From Chrysomallon squamiferum (Eukaryota; Animalia; Mollusca), in assembly GCA_012295275.1 (NCBI GenBank), contig CM022673.1:26970001-27034000 (forward strand): a stretch of 64,000 nucleotides of DNA, in the 5' to 3' direction. The notes beneath the pieces were generated by a model that was not told the origin of the DNA, ran no database searches, and saw only the letters and a list, made by a program, of their open reading frames with translations. Position 1 is the first letter of the stretch, and each line of letters begins with the position of its first letter. Below, in pieces: positions 14,216-26,559 of the stretch. Position numbers and translations under genes: made by a program.

Positions 14216-14389
14216 TACACTAAATATATATATATTTACACACACACACACAGAGTGATAGATAAATATATATGTATATATTTACACACACAAACACACA
14301 CACACAGCATATAGGCAAACAGCTGTAAATATATATGTTTACAGAGAGAGATAGATATATAAATAGAATGGAAGAGAAAGAGAGAGAGA

Positions 14390-14685
14390 GCTAATACAAT
14401 CATTATTATTATTTTCTCTAAATTAAACGTGTTGTTTATTTGTTTATTTGTTTTGTTTGTTTTTCAGAAATGATGGAGTACCCGTATGAGGGTGGAGGGT
14501 CAGAGAGTCCTGACACGGGGACTGACGATGAACTTGTGACAGCTGCAGCTGCTGAGACGTGCATCACCCCTAAAGAAGGTCTAAAGATTTATGGTAGACA
14601 CAGAAAACATTTCATGTTATAACGCGTCAGCTTTCTACGTCATGTCTGATTCTATACCTTCGTTTTGCACTGTGCATTTGTTTTG
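14390..14685 (+). pseudogene. Inverted duplicate of a gene B exon (exon 14468-14593) with flanking intron sequence; function unknown
   Basis: Near-identical to the reverse complement of ~30755-31050; same peptide MMEYPYEGGGSESPDTGTDDELVTAAAAETCITPKEGLKIY; acceptor ttttcag retained at 14466-14467. Confidence 0.85.
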
Positions 14686-15100
14686 ACACAAAACACAGAC
14701 AAAATACACACCTACATATATATATATATATATGCATACAGCTGTAAACACATACTCATAAACACACACACACACTAAACTAAATTAAACTAAACTAAAT
14801 GAACATACAGAAAATATATTTTCATATACACATAAATATAAAACAAAAACAGAGAAAATAAACTAACATGCAGACAAACACAGACACACATGCACACACA
14901 ACATAAACATTTTCCAATACAAATGCCAGTTAGTTCTAACAATATAATGCCTGATATAAAAGAAAACAACAAATCAAGATGCAAAATCAAGATGAACAGC
15001 AGCCTGAAATATTTTTAAAGTAATATATGTATTGTTAAAATTAAAGGCTGTGAATAAATAGTTTAAAATGTATATATGTGACATTTCAAAAGGTATGCAC

Positions 15101-15133
<33 letters not shown>

Positions 15134-15246
15134 TATTATAATTATATAACAACAACAACAACAACAGTAATAATAACAATAATAATAATTATAATTATAA
15201 TAATATTCATGACATCACAGTGATACTCTGTGGCATGGCAGACTGT

Positions 15247-15409
15247 CAGGTGTAACTAGGGGAAACGGCGCCTATTGAAAAGTACCCCTGTCCAAACATA
15301 TGACTAATATTTTTATTTTTTATTTTTATTTTTTTTTACTTCAAATACACATAGAGAGTTTTGTAGTAGGATGTAAAACAAACTATTAAAAATAATAATA
15401 ATAATAATA

Positions 15410-15444
<35 letters not shown>

Positions 15445-16250
15445 AGAATTCAAAAAACTTTGTGATACTGAAAGCGAATTGAGGAATTAATTTGTGAGGT
15501 AAATGTCTGATAAGGATGAAATTATTATGAAAAGCAACACTTTTTTAAATAAAAGTTTTATTCAAATATATATTTAAGCTTTAATAAGACCTTTTTTCAA
15601 GTATATATCTAACACTTTGCATTATATATAGTCATAAATATTTAAGCGATACAAAGAATGACGAGAGCAGTGGTGTGCAGAGGTTTGGTGATGTCCAGGG
15701 CCAATTCCTTGATTGTATGCCCCAAAGACTCAAGTATAAGGCCTGGTACTGAGAAATAGTGTTTCAAAGGAAGATATTTTGAATATGTAAACACAGGTGA
15801 AACATAAATTAAACATTTTATTCGATTTAAATATAAATCAGCCAAGTTTATTAAGTTCTTTTCTCTGATTGGAATGTCCCCCCAGATGGATGCCTGTGGC
15901 CACCCACCCCCCTCTGCACGCCACTGAGCCAGAGGTACCCAAACTATAAAAAAAAAAAAAAAAAATTAAAAATAAGATTATTAAATTTCATGTATTTTAC
16001 TATATTACTATATTATTCCAAGCATTATATTTTTTACATAATAATTTACACAAATTCTTTAACAATCTCGACACCCTAGTGCTTCTCACACATATAAAGT
16101 GATAATGGCAGATCTGGTTTGAAGAAAATTCTTCGTATTTTTTAAAAAACATTTTGTTTTATCTTTATCGGAATCTGCTGAGTAGCACCCCCTTCATTTG
16201 GTGGCGCCCAGGACAATTGCCATGCCTGCCATACCCTAGATACGCCATAT
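15247..16250. mobile_element. Degenerate hAT-like MITE (outer element)
   Basis: Left end caggtgtaactagggg and right end ccctagatacgcca form imperfect inverted termini; GC-rich ggcgcc subterminal motifs at both ends. Boundaries approximate. Confidence 0.4.
15668..15926. mobile_element. hAT-like MITE nested in the previous element
   Basis: TIRs cagtggtgtgcagagg / cctctgcacgccactg (15 of 16 complementary); CAG termini; 8-bp flanks gacgagag / agccagag match only partly. Confidence 0.65.
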
Positions 16251-16659
16251 GCTTACAGACAAACGCACATACACACATGGATGTAGACAAACACACACAA
16301 CACGGCTAACATGGGTTTAGTTTTTCCACACCGCCATGTTAAAGTTAAATAGTGACATCATTACGGAAAACACGTTTCATATTAGAGCTAGGAATGTAAA
16401 TAATATTTTATTATACTCTTATATAATTAATATTAACAGAAACGTCAACCGATATAGGGATTTAAGCTTTGGATGTATTTAAATTGGAGTTTGTAAAGAT
16501 ATTACTTACAGTGTAGGTACAGATATTATTAGAATTGCAGACTGTACTGGTATCGTTTGTTAACTGTGTGCAGAAATGATGTAGTATGTAACGTAATATG
16601 AAAAACTAGTAGTATTAATAGCAGTTGTTCTTTTTAAATTGTAAATTAAATATAAAAAA

Positions 16660-16698
<39 letters not shown>

Positions 16699-17159
16699 CA
16701 TAATCATAATCATAATAATTCTTTTGCCGTGTTGCCTGTTTGCAGAATTTATTATTTCATATAATTTTCATTAAAAAAAAATTATAATAATAAGGAGATG
16801 AAAGAAATTAAAAGCAGAAAGACCATAAAATGTAAAATTTCAAATGTTTTGTTTGTATTCATTTATTTATTTATTTTTTTTTAGATATTATTTTTCCCCG
16901 ATGAATAACAAGCATCACTCTCTCTGCAGGATCACAACCGCCGTTTCGTATTTAGCATTTTGACCTAATTTTCGTATTGATTTTGTTACTTCGCAAAACG
17001 TTCGGTTAAAATATTGAGTACATCTGAAAAAGTAACGAAAATGTTAGCTAGGATCATGATAACACTGATATAAACTAAAACAGCAAAATATACTAAAGAA
17101 AAAACGATTTAGGGAATTTCCACTATTATATCCTTATTGGTTTGAAGTTTTATGTTACG

Positions 17160-17242
17160 AGCACGGTGGCCGAGTGGTTAAGGCGTTGGACTTAAGATCC
17201 AATGGATGTATTTCCGCGTGGGTTCGAACCCCACCCGTGCTA
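17160..17242 (+). tRNA. tRNA-Leu(TAA)
   Basis: Acceptor stem AGCACGG/CCGTGCT plus discriminator A; A box TGGCCGAGTGG; anticodon arm TTGGA-CTTAAGA-TCCAA; long variable arm; T arm GTGGG-TTCGAAC-CCCAC; TTTTT Pol III terminator at 17248. Confidence 0.97.
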
Positions 17243-17575
17243 CAAGAATTTTTATACTTTCATTTTATTGTTATTATTATTTTCAGTTATTAATATTTGT
17301 TTTTCCCACTGCATCCGACACCACAAGATTTACAATACTATCAAATATATATATATTTCATTTGTAGATATGTTAATAATTACTAATAACTGCTATAAAT
17401 AATAAGTTGTATGTCGATTGTTATTATAGAGATCAAAACTTAATTTGTTGTCCTATTCAAAGCTACAGTAACTGCATACACTCAAAAAATAAAAAATAAA
17501 ACCTTTCGCACACACACTCGCAGCCAACACAGACACAAAAACACATTTACATAAATGTATACATATATGCATACA

Positions 17576-18322
17576 TTAAAGCACTCCACCGCAAGCTGAC
17601 AAGTAGGAAGCCGTGTCCCGGGTACACGTGACGTACTCCAATCCCAGCTGGAAGAGCTTGTTCTTCTCTTCTTCGGTGTGGCGGGACTTCCTTGATTTCT
17701 GTTCACCTTCCAGCTGCAGCAGATGGACTTCCTTGTTAGCATTCTCTGACTTGAACAGGAGAATCTGCTCATATATGTTCAGGTGTGGTTTCACTGCTCT
17801 CTTGGCCAACCTGCTGTTGTAACCTTCACAGTTGTTGTTTGTCCTAGGGGTGTTGCTCCTGAAGTGGTTCCAAATGGTCAATGGAAAGTTGCCATTAATC
17901 CACGTATCTCGAAAGTACTCGTTGAACTGAAAGCAAGCTGGCAGATCCGGTGTGTGGGTCACTACAAGGTCGTATCATCCACAACACGAGGCACTGGAAG
18001 GAACGCTAGTCCAACAAACATACGGAACTCAATGGACCGGTAAGCAGGGGAGAGACCCAATCCTTGAAGATTCCGAAACAGGGCTTGGCCGAAGTGGAAT
18101 AGGCATCCCTCCAGATGTGTAGAAAGATTCCGAAACAGGGCTTCGGATGTGTAGATGGCATCAAATCACGAATCACATTGTGCACTGCGATTTCAAAATC
18201 CACGATCACAGTTTTAGGTTAAAAAATGTCAAGTTCATCCCAATAGCTTTCGCTTTAAACAAGTTCACCAGTACGTTGATATGTTGATCCCTTCTCGTCC
18301 GGTAACAGACAGAACAGTCCTG

Positions 18323-18369
<47 letters not shown>

Positions 18370-18798
18370 GGTCAGGTGAGAATGAATCACATACAGCTGG
18401 TAAAAGATCTTCGGACAGATCTTGAATGTACCATCCACTGACGTAGTCTCAGACTCGCAAGGTCTCCTAAATTCAGCACCAGCACCAAACACGATGATTC
18501 TACTCTCCACCTGCACGTCATCCACAAGGACAAAATCGGATCCCAACTCCGTCCAGGTCCACTCGCTTCCGCATGGTGTTGGTCAGTAGGTGGTCAGCGA
18601 CTGCGCTCTCATCCGAGGAATGGATGTGGTCTTTGTCCCATCCGGTGTAGTAGTCACGGTGGCAAGGCACCTCGAATGCAAACATCTCTATGGTACCGTA
18701 CCATTCTTGTTATTAATCTGCCGTGCATACCTATATCCATCAAGTATGAGGTCCGTAGCTGGTTTTCTGCCGTCCAAAATTTCTCCCTTAACAGCCAT
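17576..18798 (-). mobile_element. Decayed Mutator-like (MULE) transposase gene with N-terminal FLYWCH-like zinc finger
   Basis: Motifs in order across frames: ATG 18798 ...LILDGYRY...RCLHSRC; VDGTFKICPKIFYQLYVIH; IVDFEIAVHN; GCLFHFGQALFRNLQGLGL (CxxH); FNEYFRDTWI...IWNHF...RTNNNCEGYNSRL; stop at 17576. Broken by stops, deletions, frameshifts and a (CA)n tract. The 5' flank probably extends to ~19166; no matching TIR seen at the other end. Confidence 0.9.
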
Positions 18799-19168
18799 GA
18801 TCAAACATAACAAACATCATGACTGTACAGTATTTATATAGGTAGTATTTCCTGTCCCCAAATTTTACGTTACAACATTAATTTCCTTACAACCTCTACT
18901 CTGGCTACCCTCTTCATACATCTCTTGTTTGATCTCGTTAACCCCATACGTTTCATAACATTAATTTCATGTCTACAAACATTAATTTTCTTGCAGTCTC
19001 TGTTCCGGCTCTCGTTAATCGCCTGATCTGTTCTTCACACATCTTGTTATCCCCATGCGTCTAAATTGGCCTTAATTGCTCACGCCAGTTTTCCCATTTC
19101 TGGAAGCGGGTTAGAACACCTCACCGCTTACCTAATCTGGAGACTGACAGTCTTGGCAACAAACCGAT

Positions 19169-21340
19169 CCTTTCAGAAACAAGCACATAATTGATTAGTG
19201 TAAAAACCTATTTAAAACAAAAAGTTAGTTAAAATTAAAATTGAACTAAATAATCTAAAAGTAATGAAACCGGATTATGAAAACTTATTAAATATAACCT
19301 GCTGTATCGTACTGTGCATTGAAATCAACAACATCACTTATCATTTAATAATCACTTTAATTCAAATTTCTTTTCCAAAAGCAATTCTATTAACAACACT
19401 GAAACATGAACAATGGTTTTCCAGGCAGTTATTTATTTTTATGTTAGATCCAGCAAAATATTTTAAAAGTTTTCATCTTAACATTGATTTCAATAGCACA
19501 AGAGCTCTTTCAAAAACATTTCATGTTTTACTGGTGAACAAATACTTATTTTTTCTTCAGCACGTGTTGAAATTTCTGACAACATTAACTAAGATTTGCA
19601 TGATTATTTGTTCATAAACTGAATGGATTTAATCAAGCATGCGTAATTGCCCATTTATGCTTGCGCGAGTGTACGTGTTTGTATAAGATCTGTTATATGG
19701 TTGCATCTGTCATATTAAACTTTTCTGACCGATTTTTAATACTTAAAATAAGTTTAATCCCATCTCACTGTCTAGCACACAGCCAAACACCCTTGCTTCT
19801 CATATATAATATTCCCCAATCATACTGACATTTTAATGTAGCTTTTATAAAATTATTATTATGCTTCAACTGCAGATAAGTGAATATAAAATAACACTCA
19901 TAGTAACTTCTATATGTCATTTAGGTATGTATTAAAAATAGTATGTACAGTGACACTAATTAAGTATAGAACTTTTTTTTAAAAATTAATTTGTGAAGGT
20001 TTATATTTTATTTAAAGCCAGAATTGTTTTATTACGATTTCGAAGAAAAATAACAGTCGAAGGGAAATTTACTTATTATTATTAATGGTTGAAGCGACGT
20101 TAGTTTTCTTTGTAGTTGAAGGTAGATTTGTTTCATACGTGGTCAAAGGTAACGTCAGTATTCTTGAATCTTATTGCTATAAATCCAAGTCAGCTTTTAT
20201 TGAAGATTATTAACTCTAGGTGTTTCGTGCACAAGGTTTGAACCTCCTACACTCCATTGTATTATGATTGAACTCCGCCATTGTTCTTAGCATTTCATAA
20301 ACAGCGCGTGAAGCCAACGACACTCGTATCAATGCCAAAAAGACAGTAGTCATGGATTTAAAAAAACAACAACACAGAAACAACAAAACTTCACTATCGG
20401 ATATACGAGCTATACAGCACTGGTATGCTATGTTCTAATAATTCAGAATCTTCAATGGTTCGTCCTTGGTGACTGGTTTTCGTTTACACAGTTTTCGGTT
20501 AAGTCCATTGTAATCTATCTCAAAAATGAAACTAGAGTTAATTTGACTCCTAAAAGGCTTACAATTGCGTGCAGTGCATTTTTTCGGTATTGTTGTTACG
20601 CTTGTGTCAGGTTTGTTTTTAAAAGATACAAGGTAAACAAGTAAATAAATAAATTCAAAAATAAATAAAACGTATCAAAATAATGGTATATAAAAAGAAT
20701 AAATCATAATACGTTTACTTGCGTTTATAAAATTTAATTAACTGACGCTGCAAGAAAAATATTATGATTTTAGTTCGAATGCATTTTTTGTTTTTATATG
20801 TCGTCTGTTTCGGGCACCTGTTCAGGGCGGTATTGGTTAATTTTCACTTAGAGAAAGGTATGCGCAGTTTTCCGATTGGTCTATAAAATACAACAATTAC
20901 TACTAATAATACTACGTCTGATAATAACACTAAAATAAAATTAATGTATATTTTATGACAACAAATACCCTAGTAAAATATCCACTGAGAACGTTTAGGA
21001 GTGATGACGTCATTCACATACGACTTAAGTGCTTGGCGGGTATTTTGTCTTTATTTACTTTTTTCGGGTTTGTAAGAAAAATTCATTTCGAACCCAAACT
21101 TCTTTTGTGTGTTTCTCGAGGCTAATAATAATGAATAATGCATTGTACGTTTGTTTACTGAGTATAGACCTTTAAGAAACAAGCACATAATTGATAACTG
21201 TAAAAAAAAGCTACATAAAAAAAACACTTCACAAAAACAACTAAGTAAAGTAAGAAAAAGTTAAAAGTTAAAATTAAAATTGAACTAAATAATCTAAAAG
21301 TAGTGAAACAGGATTATGATAGCTTAATAAATTTAATCTC
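19169..21340 (+). repeat. Dispersed direct repeat pair, ~19169-19300 and ~21169-21340
   Basis: Both copies carry agaaacaagcacataattgat and agttaaaattaaaattgaactaaataatctaaaagta.tgaaac.ggattatga. Confidence 0.85.
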
Positions 21341-22299
21341 ATTTGTTTTTATTTATAATAATCTTTTATATATGTTATTTATTAAACTTAACGTTTTATC
21401 AATAAATAAATAAATAAATAAACAAATAAATAATAATGATGAAAAATAATAAAACAAACAAACAAACAAAAATAATAATAAAAAAATAAAATTTAGATGC
21501 CACGTTTTGGATGTATATGATTTATTTTTCGGCCGAAATAAAATGTGTTTCTATAAACACAAAAAATATCGCCAGATTAAATTGAAACTTCACAATTCTT
21601 AAAATGTTGTTACATATGCTATTTTTTGGCAACTGCTGAAGTAGAAAATCATCAATGATCAAATTGTAATAGTTAGTTTTATTTCATGCAGGCCTTTATA
21701 CATAGTACACTATATGTAGCTCGTCAAATTATAATTTTAAACAAGATTTTACAAGAAACAATAGAATTTTACAAGCAGTTAGAGTCATGAACGAAAGGAA
21801 CAAAATGTTTTCAAAATATTTAGACTTAAATCTCAAATAAAATGTACGAGATGTAGATTCAGTTTGAGTAATTCAAATAATAGAAAACACAGGTAGACCT
21901 GTTAACGTTACGACAGGCATTGGTTACTTCACTGACGCCCGACATATGCTCTGTATGTGTGTGCATGTAGATGCATATGTAAAGTGTCCTTATAGCTGTG
22001 TAATTTTATTTTATGGATGCAGGTACGATATATTACATCATTCAAGTTCTTACGAAATTTTTTTGCATATATATGCCGATGTACATTTATATAATCTATA
22101 TATGTATGTAATATTTTTAAGGGACTTATCTACTTTTGTATGCATTGTCCGTATATAATTTTGTATATATTTTTGTTATTTTTATGCATTGTTTTTTTAT
22201 TTTTTTTTTTTTTTTTTTTTTATTTTCATTTATACATACACATATATATAAACTTAAATAAGCATAAAATGTAAATAAATGAATGAATACACAAATAAT

Positions 22300-22390
22300 T
22301 TAAATAAATTTGCGAATATTTAGAAAGAGCGTCGCACATGGCTAAAACTATTGTTAAAAATGTTAAGAAACAAAAGTAAATATCTTACCA

Positions 22391-22434
<44 letters not shown>

Positions 22435-22470
22435 TAAAAGAAGAAGAATGATGTATTAATAATTTAATGA
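22300..22470 (+). repeat. Dispersed repeat also present in gene A intron 5 (~7511-7672)
   Basis: Shared taaatttgcgaatatttagaaaga...gctaaaactattg.taaaaat.tta.gaaacaaaagt...ttaaaagaagaagaatgatg.attaataatttaat. Confidence 0.85.
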
Positions 22471-25340
22471 AATATATATATATATATATATTCCATAGGC
22501 ATACAACATAATTACATCAATATTTATATTTCTAATACATTATTTGACTGTTATGAAGTCAGCAGCAATGCATTATTTGTTTAGAAAAAACAATAGTAAT
22601 AAAATAATAATAATTGTTGTTCACCTAATTATTACTATATATTATGTTTCTCTGACGTGTCAGTGTGATTAATGGCAGACTGGGTAAAGGGAGGCAACTG
22701 CAAAAACCACAGTAATACTTGACTTCATGAGTTAGCTTTCTTACACTGCTTCGACTGTGTCTGGAATGACAGAAACAAATTTTTAGGATTCAGACACATA
22801 AAAAAAAAGCAAAATTATAAACTTCGTCCTCATTTTAAGTTACTGCTATTATCAGTATGAACATCTTTTTATCTAAACTTATCTAAACAGTAAATTATAT
22901 AAACATGAAATCAAATCTCCACGGTATCCAGATTTTACACATTTAATTACTATCTCTTCTCACTTCTGTTTACAATTATTTTTTAAAGATGCATCATTAA
23001 GTTTTTATCTCCGCGGATGTATTATTTTTGGAAGTTGACCTAGGGCGCTGATTTCAGGGGATGCATTTCAGGACGTAATTATATTGGTGTTTTTTTTTTT
23101 TGTTTTTTGTTTTTTAATTAGGCCACGAGTTTTTCCGTAAAATCACGACCATACGAAACATTTAGTTTGCCGCGGAAACCAAACTGAGGGCGATAACTCC
23201 TTGTTTTAATGATGTAAACAAAGAAAGAAATGACCTGTGAGGGATATTTGAATGTCCGTGACAGAAAAATCAGCCTCTAGAGATCGCGTAAGATGTTGAA
23301 AATAGGCCTATATGTTTTAAAAATATTGTTTATAAATTTTGAAATTGATATTTTCCTGGGGGGGGAGGGGGCGGCATAATTTAACCTTGCCTAGGGGGCA
23401 AGACTATCTGGTGCCAGTCATGCTTGTGTGTATGCATATATGTTACACGTGTGTGTATGAATATATGTATACGGAGTGTGTTCTGTTGTTGTGCGTTTAA
23501 AGTACATATGTATGGATGTTAAATCAGATTTAGTAAATGAAGTAAGAAGTGGGACAATGTAACAATGATCTCTGTACACACCTTTTATTGACCTTAGTGC
23601 CGACACTGTATTTCCCCGGCAAGTATAAAAATACACAAAGAGTTAAATTAAATTTTTTTTTTTTTTTTTTTTCTATTACAGAAGATTTTAAACTTTGCTG
23701 CTACTGTATGTAAATTTTCACGAAGTCTTGTCAACGCAGAATTTCAAAGACACAGAATCATTATAAGCCCTAGCAAACTAGCTACAGCTCAGAATAAAGT
23801 TAAATTTTTAAAATTTTATGCATTTTATGATTCCTCCTTCAAACACGTTGAAGATTTTATCTGGATTTGAATCTACTATGGAAATGATAGTTGAAATAAA
23901 AAAAAAAAAAAAAAAAGAAAAAGAGAAAAGGAAAAAGGAACAATATAACATTGAATGTCATGGCTTAAACAGGCAGGGACAACTTTTTTTTCTACAAGCG
24001 GGTTTTGCCCATGACTGGCCCTAAACGTTCTGCACGACAAGCACGAGCATTTCAATAATCTGTGCACGTGGCAAGCTGTTAGCTGTCACGTGCGATGTGA
24101 TAGCTGACCTTTTGCACGTGCATGGTACATCCCCCCCCCTTTCAACCGTCCAGAAGCAGCGACCTTCAAGACACCATCGCTTTAAACAACAACAACAACA
24201 ACAAAGACATGAAAAATAATAAAAATAATAACAGCTACTAAATAAAAGCGAAAAAAACTGCATTCATTTATTGGTGTCTGGAGACTATTTTCCAAGTGGA
24301 ACAAACCTTAATGGTAAATAATAAAGTAGACACGTGACCACATACCCGCCATGGCCGTAACTAGAAGCTTTTTGGAAAGAGGCAAAAACAATTAATCGCT
24401 AGCTAGGGGCAAAAATATTTAGGTGAGGTGTCGGGGGGGGGGAATGGTGAGCAGACGGGGGGCTGAAGTGGCAGTAGTCCCCGGGCAAACAAATGGTGGG
24501 GTGGGGGCATCTATTTCGGAGAAAAAAGTTAATAAATTTGATTGATTTATATTTAAATCGAATAAAGTGTTTATTTTATGTTTCATCTGTGTTTACATAT
24601 TCAAAATATCTTCCTTTCTCATAGTATTTCTCAGTACTAGGCCCCCAGAAGATCCAACTTGAAAGATTCAAAATCGACGATTCTAACCATTTCCTATTTG
24701 ATGTCTGATGTCTTTGAAGCCAGTTATATCTTTCATCGCAAATGATGTCGGTAGAGTTCAAACGGTAACCGTAGACATAAACAAATTCATTCAGTGGATG
24801 TTGTTTCTATCGGAATAGAGATTTATATTTTACATTTTTGAAAATAAAATTTTTGTATAATAATAAATAAATAAATTAAAAAATCGTCAGTTGCCTCATT
24901 TGCCTCAATGTGGTTACGACCAAGCGCGCGCCTTCTGTTCGGGTACAGAGACAAGATTTAAAAATGGCGACAATTTGGTTTGTGTGTAAAAACTTACATT
25001 CACTCACGTTCAATAAAGACAACACGAAAACCAGCATTGCATCGTTTCATTCTATCTTTTTTTTTTTTTTTTTTTTTATCGTTGTCGATGGCGTGTTGTT
25101 CTGTAGAAAGTCATTGATTTAAGTACAGGTGTGCTGTTGTCTGGACGGTAGTTCATGAATTAATTACACCTGTGGCATGTATTAATTATCTCCAGAAGCT
25201 TTTTAACATAGTGTTGTTAAGTAGATTACCGAGCTCAAACAGTTCGCGAAGTGATAGGACGAATTTCAACTTTCCCTGTTGTTTCCTTGTTTTTGCTTTG
25301 TGTATTTTCATCATTTGCATTGGCTAAAGTGTATAAGCTC

Positions 25341-25389
<49 letters not shown>

Positions 25390-26139
25390 TAATTTTTTTT
25401 TGGTATTGTTGTTTTCTGATATACACTTTTAATGTTTACTGTTATATGTTAATTTATGAACTATGTCTTAATACAGAGGACTTAAGCGTGCTTGAATCTT
25501 TTGTGGATGTGTGAATGTTTTTAATTTTTTATCATAATCATCATTGTCATCATCATTGTTGTTGTTATGATTATTACTACTGTTGTTGCTGCTGTTGCTA
25601 CTGTTGTTATTGATTTAGTTTGTAACTTATTCAACAAAAATGCAAAAGAAAATCCCGATATCATCAATATAAATAATGTACAGTCAGGTTACATACATAC
25701 ATACATACAAACGACGCATTAATGTTTTGGGAATGTTCAAGCTTACGTATTGGCCGTTTGTTCCATCATCATAAATATCGTGTCCCAAGCGTATTTCTGA
25801 CGTAAAAATCACGGAAAGTAATTTTCGACAATAAAAGCCATTTACTCTGCTCTTTTACTTTAATCACATATTGTGTACGTGTGCGTGAGTGTGTGCGTGT
25901 GCGTGTGTGTGAGTTAGCCTGTGCTTCAAACAATCCGAACATAATAAGAATAATCCCATCATCACCCTGGCAACAGGTGAAAATCTTGTTCTAATAAATA
26001 TTTTTTTTTTACTGACAGCTGTGTTCTTTTCGATTTATGTTGAAGTCTCGAGAGATCTGTCCACTGAGTTTTATTATTATTATTACTACCATTACTTCTG
26101 CTATTTGTATTTTTTGGGTAGTAAAAATACTAACAACAC

Positions 26140-26188
<49 letters not shown>

Positions 26189-26485
26189 AACTACGGCCAG
26201 TACAGAAAATTGAATATTCCCAAAACATTAATATTATTGTTCTTAATGTTGTTGTTATGTTATGATTAGTATTATTAGTAGTATTGTTGTATGTTGATAA
26301 TTCTATTGCAAGTATTTCCACATGACAAATTTATTGATATTGGCTTTTGTCATATTTTTCATTTGTTTTCATTCATCTCTTCTTTTTTTTTCGTCATATG
26401 TGTATATCTGTCTATCTATCTATCTATCTATCTGTCTGTCTATCTATATAGATAACAACTGTTATTATTGTTACTACTACGTCTT

Positions 26486-26559
<74 letters not shown>

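Noticed and set aside
20140-20256. Possible decayed tRNA (gtttcgtgcacaaggtttgaacctcct resembles a variable arm/T arm)
   Set aside because: No foldable cloverleaf or identifiable anticodon; the B box is imperfect.
22660-24510. GC-rich patches resembling hAT-MITE subterminal motifs (22660-22700, 23030-23070, 23355-23420, 24350-24510)
   Set aside because: Probably transposon remnants, but I could not pair TIRs or find TSDs, so no boundaries are defensible.
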